Notes: generated from the letters alone by a model not told the origin. Positions 12,061-26,866 are shown, counted from the stretch's first letter. The stretch: 64,000 nucleotides of DNA from Tubiluchus corallicola (GCA_030141605.1 JAQGDQ010002373.1:29470-93469), one strand, 5' to 3'. Translations and numbers: made by a program.

Positions 12061-14231
12061 AAATTTATAAAATAAAATTATACCCTTAGTTTGTACGTAC
12101 ATTACGCCAGAAGTGTATTATACAGATATATCTATATATATATATGGGTGCTCAGGCTTAAAAATAACAAAATTCCAATTATAGTGTAAAAATCATGAAA
12201 AAATGCTATTCATTAAAAAAATGTTGTTCATAATTTTAATACGTTTTCATCAGCTGGCAAGACATTCCATTTCGCTTGTTTTCCATTCATCATAAACCTT
12301 ACATTATATTATGATGTAAGAAAAATTTAAACACTTCAGTATTGATTCTTAAGAAATAAATGTACTTGGGGCATTGCGGCGAGCAGGGAGTCCTGGCGTA
12401 GAGGGAGGTGAGCAGAATCATGTCACTGGACGTGTGATTCATTGGATGATGATGATGATGATGATGATTACATTATATGCGTCATATTAGCATTGATGTG
12501 AATTTATAAAATTTGCTCGCCCGAACAAAACAGTACTCAGCAGCCTCAACCACGTTGCGTAACAATGCGAGTTAGCCGCCTACGCAGAAACAATGAGTTT
12601 AGACACCTTCCTGTGTACACGTCACTCGTTACCATGACATCAGCACCCTAGTTAAATGCAGTAAATGCTTCTCTCTCTCTTCGCGAAGATTTGCTTACGA
12701 TTCTTATTGTATTTAAATGTATTATAATTTGAACTTCGTAAAAGGGTTTAGTTTCATTTTTTTTTAGAATCTGGCGATGAATACTGACTATAAGGTTAAA
12801 TTATTAAGTTGGTTTGTTAGCAAGGTCCTTTAGTGTACATAATTCACACAAAAAGGAGGAAGTAAATCTCGATGAAAATGAGTACCATTTTCTTGTCACA
12901 TATTTTACCTTCTAATTTTACTACGTAGCGCAAATAAGTATCTATGAAAAGTGCTACGTACACGAAAAGTGTGCCTACATGAAAAGTACAGTGTGTGAAT
13001 CTATCACAGACGAGATGACAAACAGCTACAGGACGCCAGGTTTTTCTTGAACTTCTACTTCCTACTTCACGTTTAAAACTCATTATAATTGTTATTGCCT
13101 ACACGGAAATTCACTTGACATAGTTTATACTGGAGGCATTGTGCTGTAGTAAAAGCCTATTCTAGTAAACAGAGTAATTGTATAGGAAGTAAGACGTTTA
13201 TTATTGTTATTATTATATCACTTGAATTTTATTCTAGACAGACCTAGCTACTAGTATTATTGTTTATTGGCAGGCCTTAACATCACAAAAGCTACGTACA
13301 TTAGGCAGTAACGCAACCTTTGTAGACTAATTTTCGGAAGGCGTTCTCACCATTGTATAAAAGTTAATAAAAAAAATCTTGTCGAGCAAACAACAAGCCA
13401 AATATTATGTTATAAAAACCTTGAGCAACCTTATTTGTCTGCTATATACTGACAAATTTAGAAAATAATACATGTACCAGCCTGCTCTCTTAGTTACTCG
13501 CTTTAGCGCCAGCTCATGGCGCTTGCGCTGTGCTGTTTAGTTGAAGGTCGTTCGTATTTTTGCCACACCTGCGGGGCTTAAACGCAATAACACTGGCTTG
13601 TTTTAATGACGAAGAACAAGTTTTATATGGCCTTAGTCGAGAAAAGCTGATAATGGTGAGCAGGCAGTTTTTACTGAATTATAAAAGAGGCTACGTGCGG
13701 AGCTTCAGGCAAAAGCTGCTTTAAGTTGCTCGATTGTAAAATTTGTAAACGCCAAACTCATGACGATGAGTTCTCTTAAGCAGTGAGACGTTAAGAACTA
13801 CAGCGTTTCGCAACTTGTAGCCGCTGCTTTAAATTTGAACTTGAAAAACAACTTACCTTCTGTTTTGCTTGACTATCGTTTGTGTAGTTTTAGTTTTATG
13901 TCAATAAAAATATTCTGTTTCACAATGGTACCATTCATGAGCAGACAACTTTGTAGATTGGATTCCAGGGTGCGTTTCTAACAATTTTAGTAGAATGGTA
14001 GTATAAATATCAAGAGAGCAGTAACGAAATTTCCTAAAATTGTATGGTAAAAAAAATTTCAAATTAATATTTAGGCTGTATTATTTGTCCATCATGATAA
14101 AATCTGAAGAAGCGTGTGGAAATTTAATTAAAATCAATTAGTTTGGAAGATTTACAGCAAAGAGTCTTTTTAAGTTAAAATCTCGCGTGATCGTTTCGTG
14201 TGGTTTTTTATTATTGATTTTATTATATTAG

Positions 14232-14757
14232 AAATAGAATCTCTCCACCACTTTAAAAAGAAATTAAAAGAATATCAATATAACAGGTTTCAACTTCCAG
14301 ATTGTGCATCTGATACTAATTACACAGACTCAACTTTCATCTACCCCCGCCCCTGACTCCATAAAACGATTAATAATGTAAAATTTTTAAAAAATTATGT
14401 GATGTAATACGTGTCATGTTAGTTTTGTAATGTCAAATGCATAAATAGTGTAAATGTAATGAGTGAAATTTATGTAATGTAAAGCGTGTTTCTGTTAATT
14501 GTGTCATGTCAAATGTATATATAGTGTAAAATATGTCGTGTAAAATTTGATGTACTTTTGTAATATGGTTCTGTAAAACTATTTTAATATGGTGTTTGTA
14601 AATATGTCCATTTATTGTATATTATTGGACCTTAGTTTTGCACTTTTTAGACTGCATTGGATGCATTCGTCTTGAACAGTGTTGTTATCTTTACGCTGAG
14701 GCTTACTCAATTTTATTATGAGTGAACCATTTTAATGACAAATAAAGAATTAATAAT
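14232..14757 (+). mobile_element. LINE family 2, 3' end
   Basis: Reverse complement of ~6571-7110. Confidence 0.8.
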
Positions 14758-15652
14758 AAAATTGCTGCTTCACTTTGTTATAGATTAGTATATTATACGG
14801 TAAAAACAATTTGTAATTGATTTTAACCTTATTCATTGCTTTATAGAAACACTAAAAGCTTTCACACGTTGTTAATTTAAAAGTTGCCTGGCTTTTATTG
14901 GACGTTATCTTGGATTATTATAATAATGTTAGGCCTAAAATTGTGTAGAAAATGCCAATAATATATTACAGCTCGAACGCGCATGCGCTCTTGCACTGCA
15001 CAGAGGATGAGTCATGCAGTATTGATCGAACAGTAGCAGAATTGCACGCATAAGGTAGTTAGCTGCAGCCTACAGTAGAATAAAATGGGTCAATACTCAT
15101 TACTCAATACGTTGAGCGATAAATCTTGAACGAATGGGGACGAAAGGTCTAGTGTGTATAGTTTTCAAGAAACGAAATGTTTTGTCTACCATGATTACAC
15201 AGTTATTGTAGACGATAAGCTCTCTGAAATAATTATTGTAGCAATAATTCTCGGCTACTGGCCTGGAAAGTTGGCATACGAAGCGTTCAGTAGTATCTTA
15301 ATTTCTTATAAAATTATTTAGGTTAATTCCACGGTGGTTTTCGAAGTCGACAAAGGAAAATGTAAATGAAATTTCGTTGCTGTTTTTTGAATAACAAATC
15401 ACAAAGCTCAAATGAGTCCAATAATAAAAACATTTTTAATTCGAATTAACGCAATACTTTTGTAGTGTATTTAAATAAAAACGACGACCTCAATTAAAGA
15501 AAAGATGGATGCAGATTTTTCATAGTGAGAAATATTATCACGATGTTTCAGTTTAATACTTCGCGTTTCTGTTAGCTCAAAAGAGAAATCTGACGACTGT
15601 GTTTTTCTGAACAAAAGATGATGTTTCACTTTAAAAGCTGTGAGCGTATAAC

Positions 15653-15913
15653 CAGGGCCTATTTCAGCCTAAGCGAGGCCCGGGCAAGTAGGACGTCTGA
15701 TGCCCCCTTGGAAGGGGGGGGGGCGCCCAGAAAATTTTTGAACTGCTCGAACGCCGGAGAAGCATTTTCGAAGAGAAAATATGGAGTTATACAGTTGTTA
15801 AAGGAAAGAACAACTGAAAGAAAAACTGCTTTATTCTCAAGACCAGTCCTTAATACTTGTCAATACTGGAAAACGGCGCGCGTGCGGCAAGAGAGAGAGA
15901 GAGAGAGAGGGGG

Positions 15914-15967
<54 letters not shown>

Positions 15968-16084
15968 AGGCAGTATGTTCGCATAAAGCAAAAAAATGTT
16001 ACCTTGGCGCGAGGCCCCTTGTAGGGTCAGGCCCCAGGGAAGTATCCCCACTTCCCCCCCCCCCCCCCCGTGAAATAGGCCCTG
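15653..16084 (-). mobile_element. hAT-type MITE family A
   Basis: TIRs present; perfect TSD CGTATAAC. Confidence 0.92.
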
Positions 16085-16807
16085 CGTATAACACGAATAA
16101 ACCCTCAGTTAAAATAGTCAATGTTCCAAAAATCTTTGCTAACGATTTCCTAATTATGTTGATGATGACGAGTTGACGACAACGTTTGCGCCTACGTTTT
16201 GACATTCCATTTTAGCTATGTTAGTGAAAACAATCATTTCTGAATAATGTATTTAATGTAATGTACTTATTCATCTATAGTAAAAATTAAAATTTTTGAA
16301 CCCAATTCGTAACAAATCCGAGCTTTGTGACATTTTGGACTAGTTTGATTCTTTGAATTTAGGCCTCGTTCGGTTAATTTTGAAACTTTTGAAACAGGAA
16401 GTTTGTCCTAAACCTCTTTTGAGAAACACCTCATTAACTCTATCAATTAAAAATTACCTAAAAATATTAATAATCGTGATATCTCGAAAGATTCGCAGTT
16501 ATTTTACTTTTTTCTGTACTTTAATTTAGCATTTAGTTTAGCATTTAGCAATAAAGAAAGCTTCAAAGTTAAACCACTGTCAATAAGTAAAAACTATCGA
16601 AGATAAGATAAGGCAACTAACAGCAATTATTATCATCATCATCATCATCGTAACAATAATAATAATAATAATGATGATTATTATTATTATTATTAAACTG
16701 AGAACGCTGTAGGTCTACAGATCCTACACTTCAGTAAAGTCCGAGCACACTTACCCGAAAACATATGTAGGTCTAGAAAAAAGGAACGGGGCTATTCAGC
16801 GAGCGTT

Positions 16808-17293
<486 letters not shown>

Positions 17294-17784
17294 TAAACGC
17301 TCGTTGGATCACTTTTTTCTAGATATACATGGATTTTCGGCTAAGTGTGCTCGGACTTTACTGATGTGTATGAAATGAAAATGATATAGTGTATGACATA
17401 AGTGTAAGAAATATTCTATGAAAATCTAAATTAACATGCATTCAAGTCTCGATAAGTTTTTCGAGTTTGCGGCATTCGCACAATTTCAACACGCTTAACA
17501 AGTTGTTCCGGGTACCAACTTTTCATACCGTGCTAAAGTAACTTCGCAGAATTACTATTATGTTAAACTCATTACCTGCATCGGTTATATACCGTATTTC
17601 TTCTTGCATGAAAACAATAGAGAGTTTGACTGTCTGTCTGTCTGTCTGTCATTCGAGAAACGTCGCTGGTTTTTGTTATTTCTTACAGATGACCCATCAG
17701 ACATTTACAATAATTTTCATGAAAACAATAGAGAGTTTGAGGTCTGTGTGTCTGTCTGTCAATCCAGAAACGTCGCTGGTTTTT

Positions 17785-17830
<46 letters not shown>

Positions 17831-17833
<3 letters not shown>

Positions 17834-18205
17834 CTTTATTTGCCATTAAAATACATTGATAATCACTGATAAAAACTTTACAGAGAAGATCAATCAGTGT
17901 TAGTTAATAAAAACTTACACTGCTAAAGGCAAATGCGTAAGTGCAATCTAATCTATTGTGCAGTAATGGAAAGTAACGACGAATAAAATCAAACATATTT
18001 ACAACTATGCACAAAAAATGAAAAAATGATGATTTAATTAATATGGCCGTGGATACATGAATTCTGAATTAGTGATTTTAATTTTGTTTTAAATGCTGAT
18101 AGGGAGTTGATTTGTTTAACCTGTAATGGTAGAGAATTCCAAAGTAGAATTGCTTGCTTGATTACAGAGTTCGTTCCATAGTGGGTATTCGTACTAATTT
18201 GTTTT
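17831..18205 (-). mobile_element. LINE family 1, 3' end
   Basis: Matches ~10896-11320 with an internal deletion; abuts (TA)n. Confidence 0.85.
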
Positions 18206-18672
18206 ATATTTCTTGCAGATGACTCATCAGAAGTGTAGAATAATTTTCATGAAACCATAAATTATTAATAAAAATGTATGGATTTCGACGAATCAACGGC
18301 CCCATAACAGCCATTAAATTCATTATACAGGGCACCCACCCACCCACTTTGTTTCCTCCCCCTTGCTCACCGTGCTAGAGTCAACCTAACCAGAACAAGC
18401 TTGAAAGCTCACGAACAATAATATCTCTAGCTTTGTAGAGCTAACAACCTTACACATGAGAAGGTATTAATGCTAATCGCAGCGCAATGTACTGCAATTA
18501 TAATGAATATAAGCTGCATGGTTGATGAAATCAGCTCATAAGCGAGCAATGCAGGCATCGAACCGAAGTCTTTTCTGCATATTCATAATGCCGTCAAATT
18601 CGGCGTGATAAGACAAGTTCAGTAGCCTAGTTTTACAATCCAGCTTTACAATCAAGATTATTTAACCTACAT

Positions 18673-18792
18673 GACTACGGTCATATCACGTTGAAAACAG
18701 CGGCTCTCGTCTGATCACCGAAGTTAAGCAACGTAGAGCCTGGTTAGTATTTGGATGGGTGACCGCCTAGGAATACCAGGTGCTGTAGGCTT
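18673..18792 (+). pseudogene. 5S rRNA-like sequence forming the SINE head, not a rDNA gene
   Basis: CTCGTCTGATCACCGAAGTTAAGCAA...GGATGGGTGACCGCCTAGGAATACCAGGTGCTGTAGGCTT; no oligo-T terminator follows. Confidence 0.85.
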
Positions 18793-19223
18793 GCGGGATG
18801 CCCACACTGTATCTCGAGACTAAGCCGAGGAGCTGTACAAGGCAGCCAACGGCTAGAGGGCGGAGGAAGTCAAGTGATCCAACGGTCATGTGTAGAGGAG
18901 TAAACCTTCCAAATCAGGAGTGGAGTCCCGAAGGCGGACCAGTGCAGCTTGCTCACTGACTCCTGCAGCCAACCTGGTGCCAAGCGTATCGCTTTGCTTT
19001 CCTTTGGACTACACCAGGGAGGAAGAGAGGGTGTTCCTGTTGTCTGGGCAACTTAGGACCTCCATACACCTTGCCCAGGCGTGCGCCCTGGAGAGGCCAC
19101 TCCAGTGGTTCGAGGATCGGATTGTTCAGCCACAGTCGACGCTGCAGCTCCATCAGTGTGATCAATAACTGACTCTCTTGGCGGACACTCCATTCTCTGC
19201 CGAGACAGAAGGATGACAACAAC
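18675..19223 (+). mobile_element. Full-length 5S-rRNA-derived SINE (SINE3 type)
   Basis: Complete 5S head at ~18673-18792 with A box and C box, ~430-bp body, (AAC)n tail, 12-bp TSD TAACCTACATGA. Confidence 0.92.
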
Positions 19224-20443
19224 TAACCTACATGAGTTGTACTGCATCTTCCTGTTAAAAAAGTCTGTGTGTTAATTTGTTTATTTATTTACACAGTTAA
19301 TTAATTATTGGTCATACACATTAATTAACCAAATATCTATGTTTTTCATTCGTATCTAGTCTTCCATTCACAGAGGTTTTGTCTATTTAGTTTTAATTTT
19401 ATTATTTTACTCTGTATTTATTTGTCATTAAATTCGACAGAGTTTATTTTCACTTATTTTTTATTGTAATTAATTTTATTGCCTTGAAATTTTTCTTTTT
19501 GTTCTTTACAATGCTGCTATGAAAGCGTTTTTGTTGCTCAGCGCCAATAACCAGACCCTGGCCCATCAACAATAATAATTTCCAGTACAAAAGAATAATA
19601 TCTATAATGTATACTCTCAAACCAAAATTGCGTTCCCATATCTATGTTAGTTTATTCTGCAAAAAATACAAATTTTCTGTAGTCTACAATTACTACCTCT
19701 ACAAAACTACTGAAATAAGTGCTAGAAAATAAGTGCTACAGATTACTACGTTACACTAAAAAGCTAAAATACATACATTGTTGGTCCAATATTGAGTCGA
19801 GAAAAAGCCAGAATGTCAGTAAAAGGTAGCAGTATAATTATACGTCAAATTTTAAATGTAACAGAGGCGTGTGTACATAACAAGTTCCACCTATACAATG
19901 TCAGAGTAGAAAAAGTAGTCTAGCTTGTTGAACTACAGTCTAATATATTTGTGGCTTCTAATGCATATACTACCTTGGGAAATAGTGTAGCTTGTTGAAC
20001 TACAGTCTAATATATTTGTGGCTTCTAATGCATATACTACCTTGAGAAGGGATAATGGACCCAAACATTTGTACCTGCAACAATATCTTTACACTAATAC
20101 ATGTTAATTAGGAGTTTTATAATTGAAGGGACAGTGCCATAATAATAGGGAATGAAATATGATATACCTTTCTATTTTCTTTTTCGCACTTTCGCAAGAA
20201 ATATTATTTCCATTGGCTTCATCCGTTTAGTCTACGTAATAGCGAGTGGGCGTAAAGCGTGTGACGTCAGCCACACACGCAAGGTATTGAATTGAAGCCC
20301 ACATTAAACTACCACACGATGCTGAAAGGTCCAGGAACAAAATAGACTACGGCTATTCATTTTAATACTAACAAAGCTAAGCTAAAATGTAGCCCACTTC
20401 ATCCTTAAGCACATCTATTTCTTTTCACTTTATACCCCTTATA

Positions 20444-20701
20444 CAGCGGCGGATTATGATTTTATGGGCCTTAGGCTTGAGCTTGGAACGGGCCTTTTAA
20501 ATGTTGCTACACTGCTGAGCTGACGTGTTTTTGTCGAGCTCTCGTCGTTTGTAAGTTTGTTTAATTTTGTGAGTTTTTGCCCACCGATTGTGATAAAAAT
20601 TATATCTTCTTGATCCTTGAGTTGTTTTTTTTCGTTTTATTTTGCCGGGCCCCTTTTGATCCCGGGCCTTAGGCTTCAGCCTATAGGGCTATCCGCTACA
20701 G
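20444..20701. mobile_element. hAT-type MITE family B
   Basis: Imperfect TIRs CAGCGGCGGAT ... ATCCGCTACAG; 8-bp TSD CCCTTATA. Confidence 0.8.
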
Positions 20702-21054
20702 CCCTTATAGCATAACTATTACATAAAAAGCAGTTTAAATGATGACACATTTTCTGTGTTTAAAACTGAGAACTCCATGTCAAGTGTTTATGCCCCTATC
20801 TCTTCTATTATGCATTTTTACTGCTGCGTTTATAAAGAACTCATCAGGTTGGCAGTCTGTGACGGTGATAGTTAAAAGTCACGCAAGGGTGCAATTAAAT
20901 GATACTATTTTTTAGATACGTACGTGCTGTCTGATTTCTGCTCAGCGATAAAATAAAATGGAAGCTGCATTGGGAAATTGGAAAATACGAGAGTGGGTAT
21001 ACTAAATGACTTGCGGTATGGCATAATGGATAAATGATCAAACTTTAGAGTGCT

Positions 21055-21305
21055 TACCTTAGACCTTAGTCCACCTTAGTCCTTCCCATGCACGGATGAT
21101 GCACATTGGGCAGACAACATTTTCCACTGGGTTCTATCGGCGGCTTCTCTTTCGATGTTCTCTCAACGTGTGTTCATAGCCCGAAGGTCTTCTTTGAAAG
21201 ATCTGCGCCACGTTGTTTTTGGCCGACCTCTTTTCCTTTTTCCACCAGGTGGTTGCCAGCGTATTACTTTAAACTGTAAACTTTTCAGTACCACTCTTGG
21301 AATCA
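21055..21305 (-). mobile_element. 3' end of an RTE/RTEX-type LINE
   Basis: WQPPGGKRKRGRPKTTWRRSFKEDL, typical RTE ORF C-terminus; short-repeat tail of CTAAGG type. Confidence 0.75.
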
Positions 21306-21431
21306 ATTTACCGGTCACTACAGCTGACTTCGCTGTTTGCTGTCTGGATAAAACACGCTTACAAAAATTTCTACGGGGCAAAAGGTTAATTTCTATTTTG
21401 CGGGTTATTAGTAAGATATCCCTCTACTCAG

Positions 21432-21856
<425 letters not shown>

Positions 21857-24800
21857 CTACTCAGTAGGCTTATTAGTTACGCGTTTATTTATTAACAATA
21901 GTACATATCTATGTAAAACAGTATTGTTTATTACTGTTATTAAAGTTACTTAATTGGACAGTCTTCGCCATTTTAAAGAAATTTTTAAAAATATCTTTTC
22001 ATTGCAGTGAATACCAAGGCTGTGCTATAGGCCTGCATGTTTGTGAATTTTTGTGATAATGTTTTGCTGCAATAAATTTTTCAAGCAGCTCAATGAGAAA
22101 CATTTCCAGGCAGGACTGCTTATTTTTTGCAGGAATGCGTATCGCGTAACGTTATGCGTAACACGTAAAAATATGTTTTGTGGTACACATGCTGTGGATT
22201 GTGGCATCTAGGTACAGTTAAGAGACATTGTTTGTGATTCACGTCAACGTGACTTCCCTCCCACAAGCAGGCGAGCGTTGACGAAAATGCCAAATTTTAA
22301 AACCGGTTACCGTGATTCGGCCGCAAACTTTTGACTGCTCGTGAGACGGAAAGTTTTTGTAAATAAACATTTTTAAACTTTGCATAATGTAAAGTTAGAA
22401 ATCACGCCAGTAAAAAAATGTAAATTTGTTAATTATTTAAAGTAGTTGACACCTGAACGTATACACTTTTTTGACTAAGTATAATTATGTTTTGTAATCA
22501 AATTAAAACAGCTAGTGGAAATCTTTGTTTAATTAAAAGATTCAATCTATCCAAGACCGCCATAAAGACGACAAGCGCTCGAAACAGTACTGTTTGAAGA
22601 TGGTATTATACAGAAATGATTTCTCATTTTCAGACGAATTGCAGTTAAATGAAATTGTCGTATTTACCAGCCAGTTCAGTATCAAAATTACCTACATATG
22701 TGACTTATTGAAATACGTGTTCTATAAAAAAATTTGAAGTACATTTTCTTTTTACTAGTAACCGATTTTTTTTGTTACGCAACTTATTTATGCTACTGAC
22801 ATTATGCTCACAGGGTACATCATTTACGCAATAATTTGAAATCATGCAATAATGCAATAACTGTATGTACGTCTGTAAACACAATGCTCTGAAACAGCAG
22901 AGAAATAATATAATAAGACAGTAAAAATAAAAATTTCTATTTTTAATAAACTATTGTAGATATGTTTACAACTATAATTTTTATTGTATTTTGTTTTATT
23001 TTCATATTTGTAAATCGTTCTAAATCGTATTTCGTTCTAATGGGAACAGTTTATTTTGTAGAAAAACGATTTTATTGCGTTTGGTATACGTTGTTTTTAT
23101 TTATTCTGCTGAAAGAATTTATAATATTAAAACTGCTGAAAAATCTTACATACGAAAATGATTATCAGAAATTTTCAAATGCGTACGAAAACGAGACATG
23201 TGTTGTCTGCAAATATGTGTTCAGAGTGAAAAAAATTCACTGAAAGTAAAAATTCCTGTACAGGTTACCATCTACGAAACTTTATAAACTATGTGACTCT
23301 TACAGTCACTAAAGAGTGACTATGTAAAGCCTGAAATTAATGTTACTGGATGTGATGCTGTTTAACCATAATACACTAGTAGCCAAGCACGCGACGTGAC
23401 ATCTTAGCTATTCCTCGCTTATTATCCAGGTTTAATGTCTTTATGAAACGCAACTGCTTTAAAAGTAAAATTTTTTTAGTCATTTTATCTAACTGCGTGA
23501 CCTCGGCGGAGCACTAACTAGTTTTATTAAAGTTTATGAGCCTAAACGCAATAAATAACTGTGATATTACTGACGAAACCCACGTGTGCTTCTGAACTTT
23601 TAAACCAATGAAGCCATCAATTCGTAAACATGTCTTTGGTAAATTGGAAGCATCGTTCTCGTTGGGGTTTGGATTTATTTTTTTCCAAACTCGAGTATGT
23701 TAATTGGGCGACGTTTGATTGATGACGTCACCAACTTTTTAGTCAGTTATGTAAGTTAGTCTGGATAAAACACGTTCGAGCCGAGATACGACTAGCACTT
23801 TTGAAAGGCTGTTGTCAGTAATTCCTCATCGAGCTTCTACTCTGATACGAATTGACAGTCAAGTGGAATTGGTATATAATTATAATTTTCTGTATAATTT
23901 CTTACATCAAGAAGCGCAAAAATAAGCCTCGTTGCTGAAGTAATAATCAAACTGTGTACGTGTCACGACTGAAAATTATTCGTACCCAAATCGTTTGACC
24001 TTCAAACGCTGTTTTTGTTTTTAGCTTGATCTGCCTGGGTGCAAAACTGGAAAAACGATATTTTTACATTCATTTCTACCAAATCATTAAAGCACTATGC
24101 TTAGCAACAACTGATCCGTGCCTTCCCATCAACCACTCACTAAACGGACCTTCTGTATAAAATGTAATTTTTAAATGTCCAAGATTACGATTTCCGTACA
24201 TCTTCTCTCGAAGCCTAAGCTTTAATTATTAATGGTGTAACAGTCGTTGGTGTTTGCAAATGAAGGATGTTTGCTGTGAACTATCAATGTTTTTGTGCCA
24301 TAGTCTTCTGTTTATAATACAGGCTTATCATTGCAAATTCGTTCTTTTTCAGAAAAATATTCGACGAAATTTGATGCTAAATGATATTGCATTTGTAAAT
24401 CCAGTCTTAATTGTAATTTGTTACTACATGGTGTTTTAATTTTAACTTAACTTCAATACTCACAGACATTAACATACAAAAAATGCAAATATTTTAATGC
24501 TCTTAATTGTCGTTTTAATATTTCATTCATCAATAAATCCAACATTTACATTTTTTACAATTTACATTTTAAAAGAACTTACAATTTACACATCACATTT
24601 GATGTATTGTACAAGATATAAGAACAATTTATGTACAATAAGCTTGTATAATACAAACTATGTCAATACAACAACAATAACTACAAGTCAGGAAAAATAA
24701 ATTCTATGTTACATACAATGCTGCCAGCAAGACAACAAGCTAAAGCCCTTTTTACACCGCTAGCTTTAAACAGAGGCCATTTTTACATTTTCATAAGATT

Positions 24801-25070
24801 ATTACAAAATACGTATTGGAGATCATTCAAGGTTGACGGTTCAATACAAAAATAGTTACGTGAGTGTTTACAATGCATTCGGCTATACACTAGTATTATA
24901 CTGCAGTGAGTTGGCTGTCCATAATTTACACGTTAATACTGCAGGAAACACGAGAATGCTGTCTCCGATGATGGCGGAGGTTAAAACTCTGCTGTACAAA
25001 TGGCTCGGGGTATAATAAAAGTTTTAACTGATGTCTCGTACGTAAGCGTGTTGTGTGTAAAACGATGCGA

Positions 25071-25550
25071 CTAGCTCGCTGCAAATGCCGCCATCTGACG
25101 GAAATCGACGCCCTTGTTGCGTTGCGTTTTAAATCCCTGCTTACACGACTTCTGGAGACGATCCCCGTGTCCCTTGGCTTTGTGCTCGTACAAGACGCAG
25201 ACCGATCCGTCCTCGCCGATGCGATAGCTCACCTCTCCCGGATCCACCCACAGAGTGAGTTCGTGGGGGAGGGCATGGTACAGGTAGTCGGGAGAAAGTC
25301 CACTTTCTTCACCGGCTCTGCCTATCATTGGGTCGAGTTTATGATTGATTCTCAGACACCTATAGCCGCTCCCGCGGAACGGTTTTTCGGGAAACCAGTG
25401 GTGCTTATAATGCTGACTTAGCAAGTCACGTAGAGTGGCCCCGAAAACGTCTAAAGTCACATCGTCCAAGAGCGGATTGTGCTTCCGAAGCAAATCTACA
25501 ATAAACCCCACTGCACACTTCAGTTCCAGCCTCATCTTCGGTTGAAACAT
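25071..25550 (-). CDS. BTG1: BTG/Tob antiproliferative protein, BTG1/BTG2 type, single coding exon, 159 aa
   Basis: Box [24 protein letters not shown], box [21 protein letters not shown], box [11 protein letters not shown]-terminal SCK; BTG1 vs BTG2 cannot be resolved. Confidence 0.95.
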   Translation of the reverse strand: MFQPKMRLELKCAVGFIVDLLRKHNPLLDDVTLDVFGATLRDLLSQHYKHHWFPEKPFRGSGYRCLRINHKLDPMIGRAGEESGLSPDYLYHALPHELTLWVDPGEVSYRIGEDGSVCVLYEHKAKGHGDRLQKSCKQGFKTQRNKGVDFRQMAAFAAS

Positions 25551-25864
25551 GGGGACGGTTTAGAGGAACCACGTTTTAGATCACGATGAATGACTATCAC
25601 AAAATCTTTGGTACGTACTGCACGAATTCGCTGTTCCTTTATGCGGCTAAATGCTGCGCGGCGTTCATACAACGATGATTTCGATTCAGAAATTCTGCCG
25701 AACACTCCTCTCTTAACAACTTGCGACTCAAACTTGTTGGAAACAATTCTCTGTCGTTGCTCTGACTAGAGCGATTTAGAATAGACAACCTACGCCAGAT
25801 CGTTCTCTGCCTTTCTGTCCCTTTGTCCTCGGTCTGAGGTAAACAAGTTGGCAGGACGGCCTCA

Positions 25865-25975
25865 ATTTACGCATGACGCATGTTTACCAGAGTGTGGCAG
25901 CCAATCGGAGCAGGGCAACGCGTATTGCTGAGCCTCTTTCCATATAGGGCTGATGACGTCGAGTCACGTGACTAC
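25865..25975 (-). promoter_or_regulatory. Putative BTG proximal promoter motif cluster
   Basis: TGACGCA, AGCCAATC, CArG-like CCATATAGGG, TGACGTCG and palindromic GTCACGTGAC within ~110 bp, 320-420 bp upstream of the ATG. Confidence 0.5.
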
Positions 25976-26597
25976 CATAATAATAATAAATTACATATCC
26001 GAGCTTCTGGTCTGGGTTGAGGTTGTTACACTATGTGTGGGTAGAGTTTACAGGATGTGTTCCATTTTTTCTTGTTTTCTAACTTTTATCAATATCTTCT
26101 ACGTATTCAACAGCAAAAGCGCGTCTGAGATTGTTTCTTTAGTCCATTTTTGCGCCCTGCCAAGTAGAGTTTGAACAAGATTTCAATGCAAAATCACGCT
26201 CATTTTTGTACTCGTACTCCTTTAGATGTTATTTTAACCTCATTTAATATGCGGGCTTGCTACATGTGCACGTACATGTAGTAGGTTACACGTACGCGCA
26301 AGATACTGTAGAATCGGATTTTAGGATCTTAAGCCAAACAAAGAACAGGCCAAAGCAGGCGACTCGCCCTTCATAAGTAAATATTGCTGCTGAGTGGGCT
26401 ACGGTATTTTATCATTCTATGTTCGCTAAAATAGTTGGCTGTTTTTGATACATCTTACTGGCTGTCAACATACATTATCGTTATATTCCCTATACAAATG
26501 TCAACAAAATCTAAAACGTGTTAAATCTCGCCAAATTTGCCATACAAAAACGAATGGATGCTTCGTAATTAAAAGCCAGCCGTTAGGCGTGAATACA

Positions 26598-26866
26598 TGA
26601 GTATTCAATGAGTACATGTACTCAACTTTATGTATTCACCTACACATTTTAGCCAAATTCATCCACGAGTCATTTTCGAATTTAAAATTATACTCAATGA
26701 GTACATGTACTCAACTTTATGTATTCACCTACCCATTTTAGCCAAATTCATCGACGAGTCATTTTCGAATTTAAAATTATATAATCAATGAGTATTCAAT
26801 GAGTACACGTACTCTACTCTGAGTATAATTTTAAATTCGAAAATGACTCTTCGATGAATTTGGCTA
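26598..26866. repeat. ~89-bp tandem duplication followed by an inverted partial copy
   Basis: TAGCCAAATTCATC...GAGTCATTTTCGAATTTAAAATTATA twice, then reverse-complemented at ~26823-26866. Confidence 0.8.

Noticed and set aside
18673-18792. 5S-like sequences as functional 5S rRNA genes (also ~35465-35587, ~45598-45718, ~55343-55461)
   Set aside because: Dispersed, mutually diverged, no oligo-T terminator, always fused to the same body, and two have TSDs; they are SINE heads.
18793-18960. HDV-like ribozyme at the start of the SINE body
   Set aside because: I could not find P1/P3 pairings or the L3 motif by eye; a covariance search is needed.
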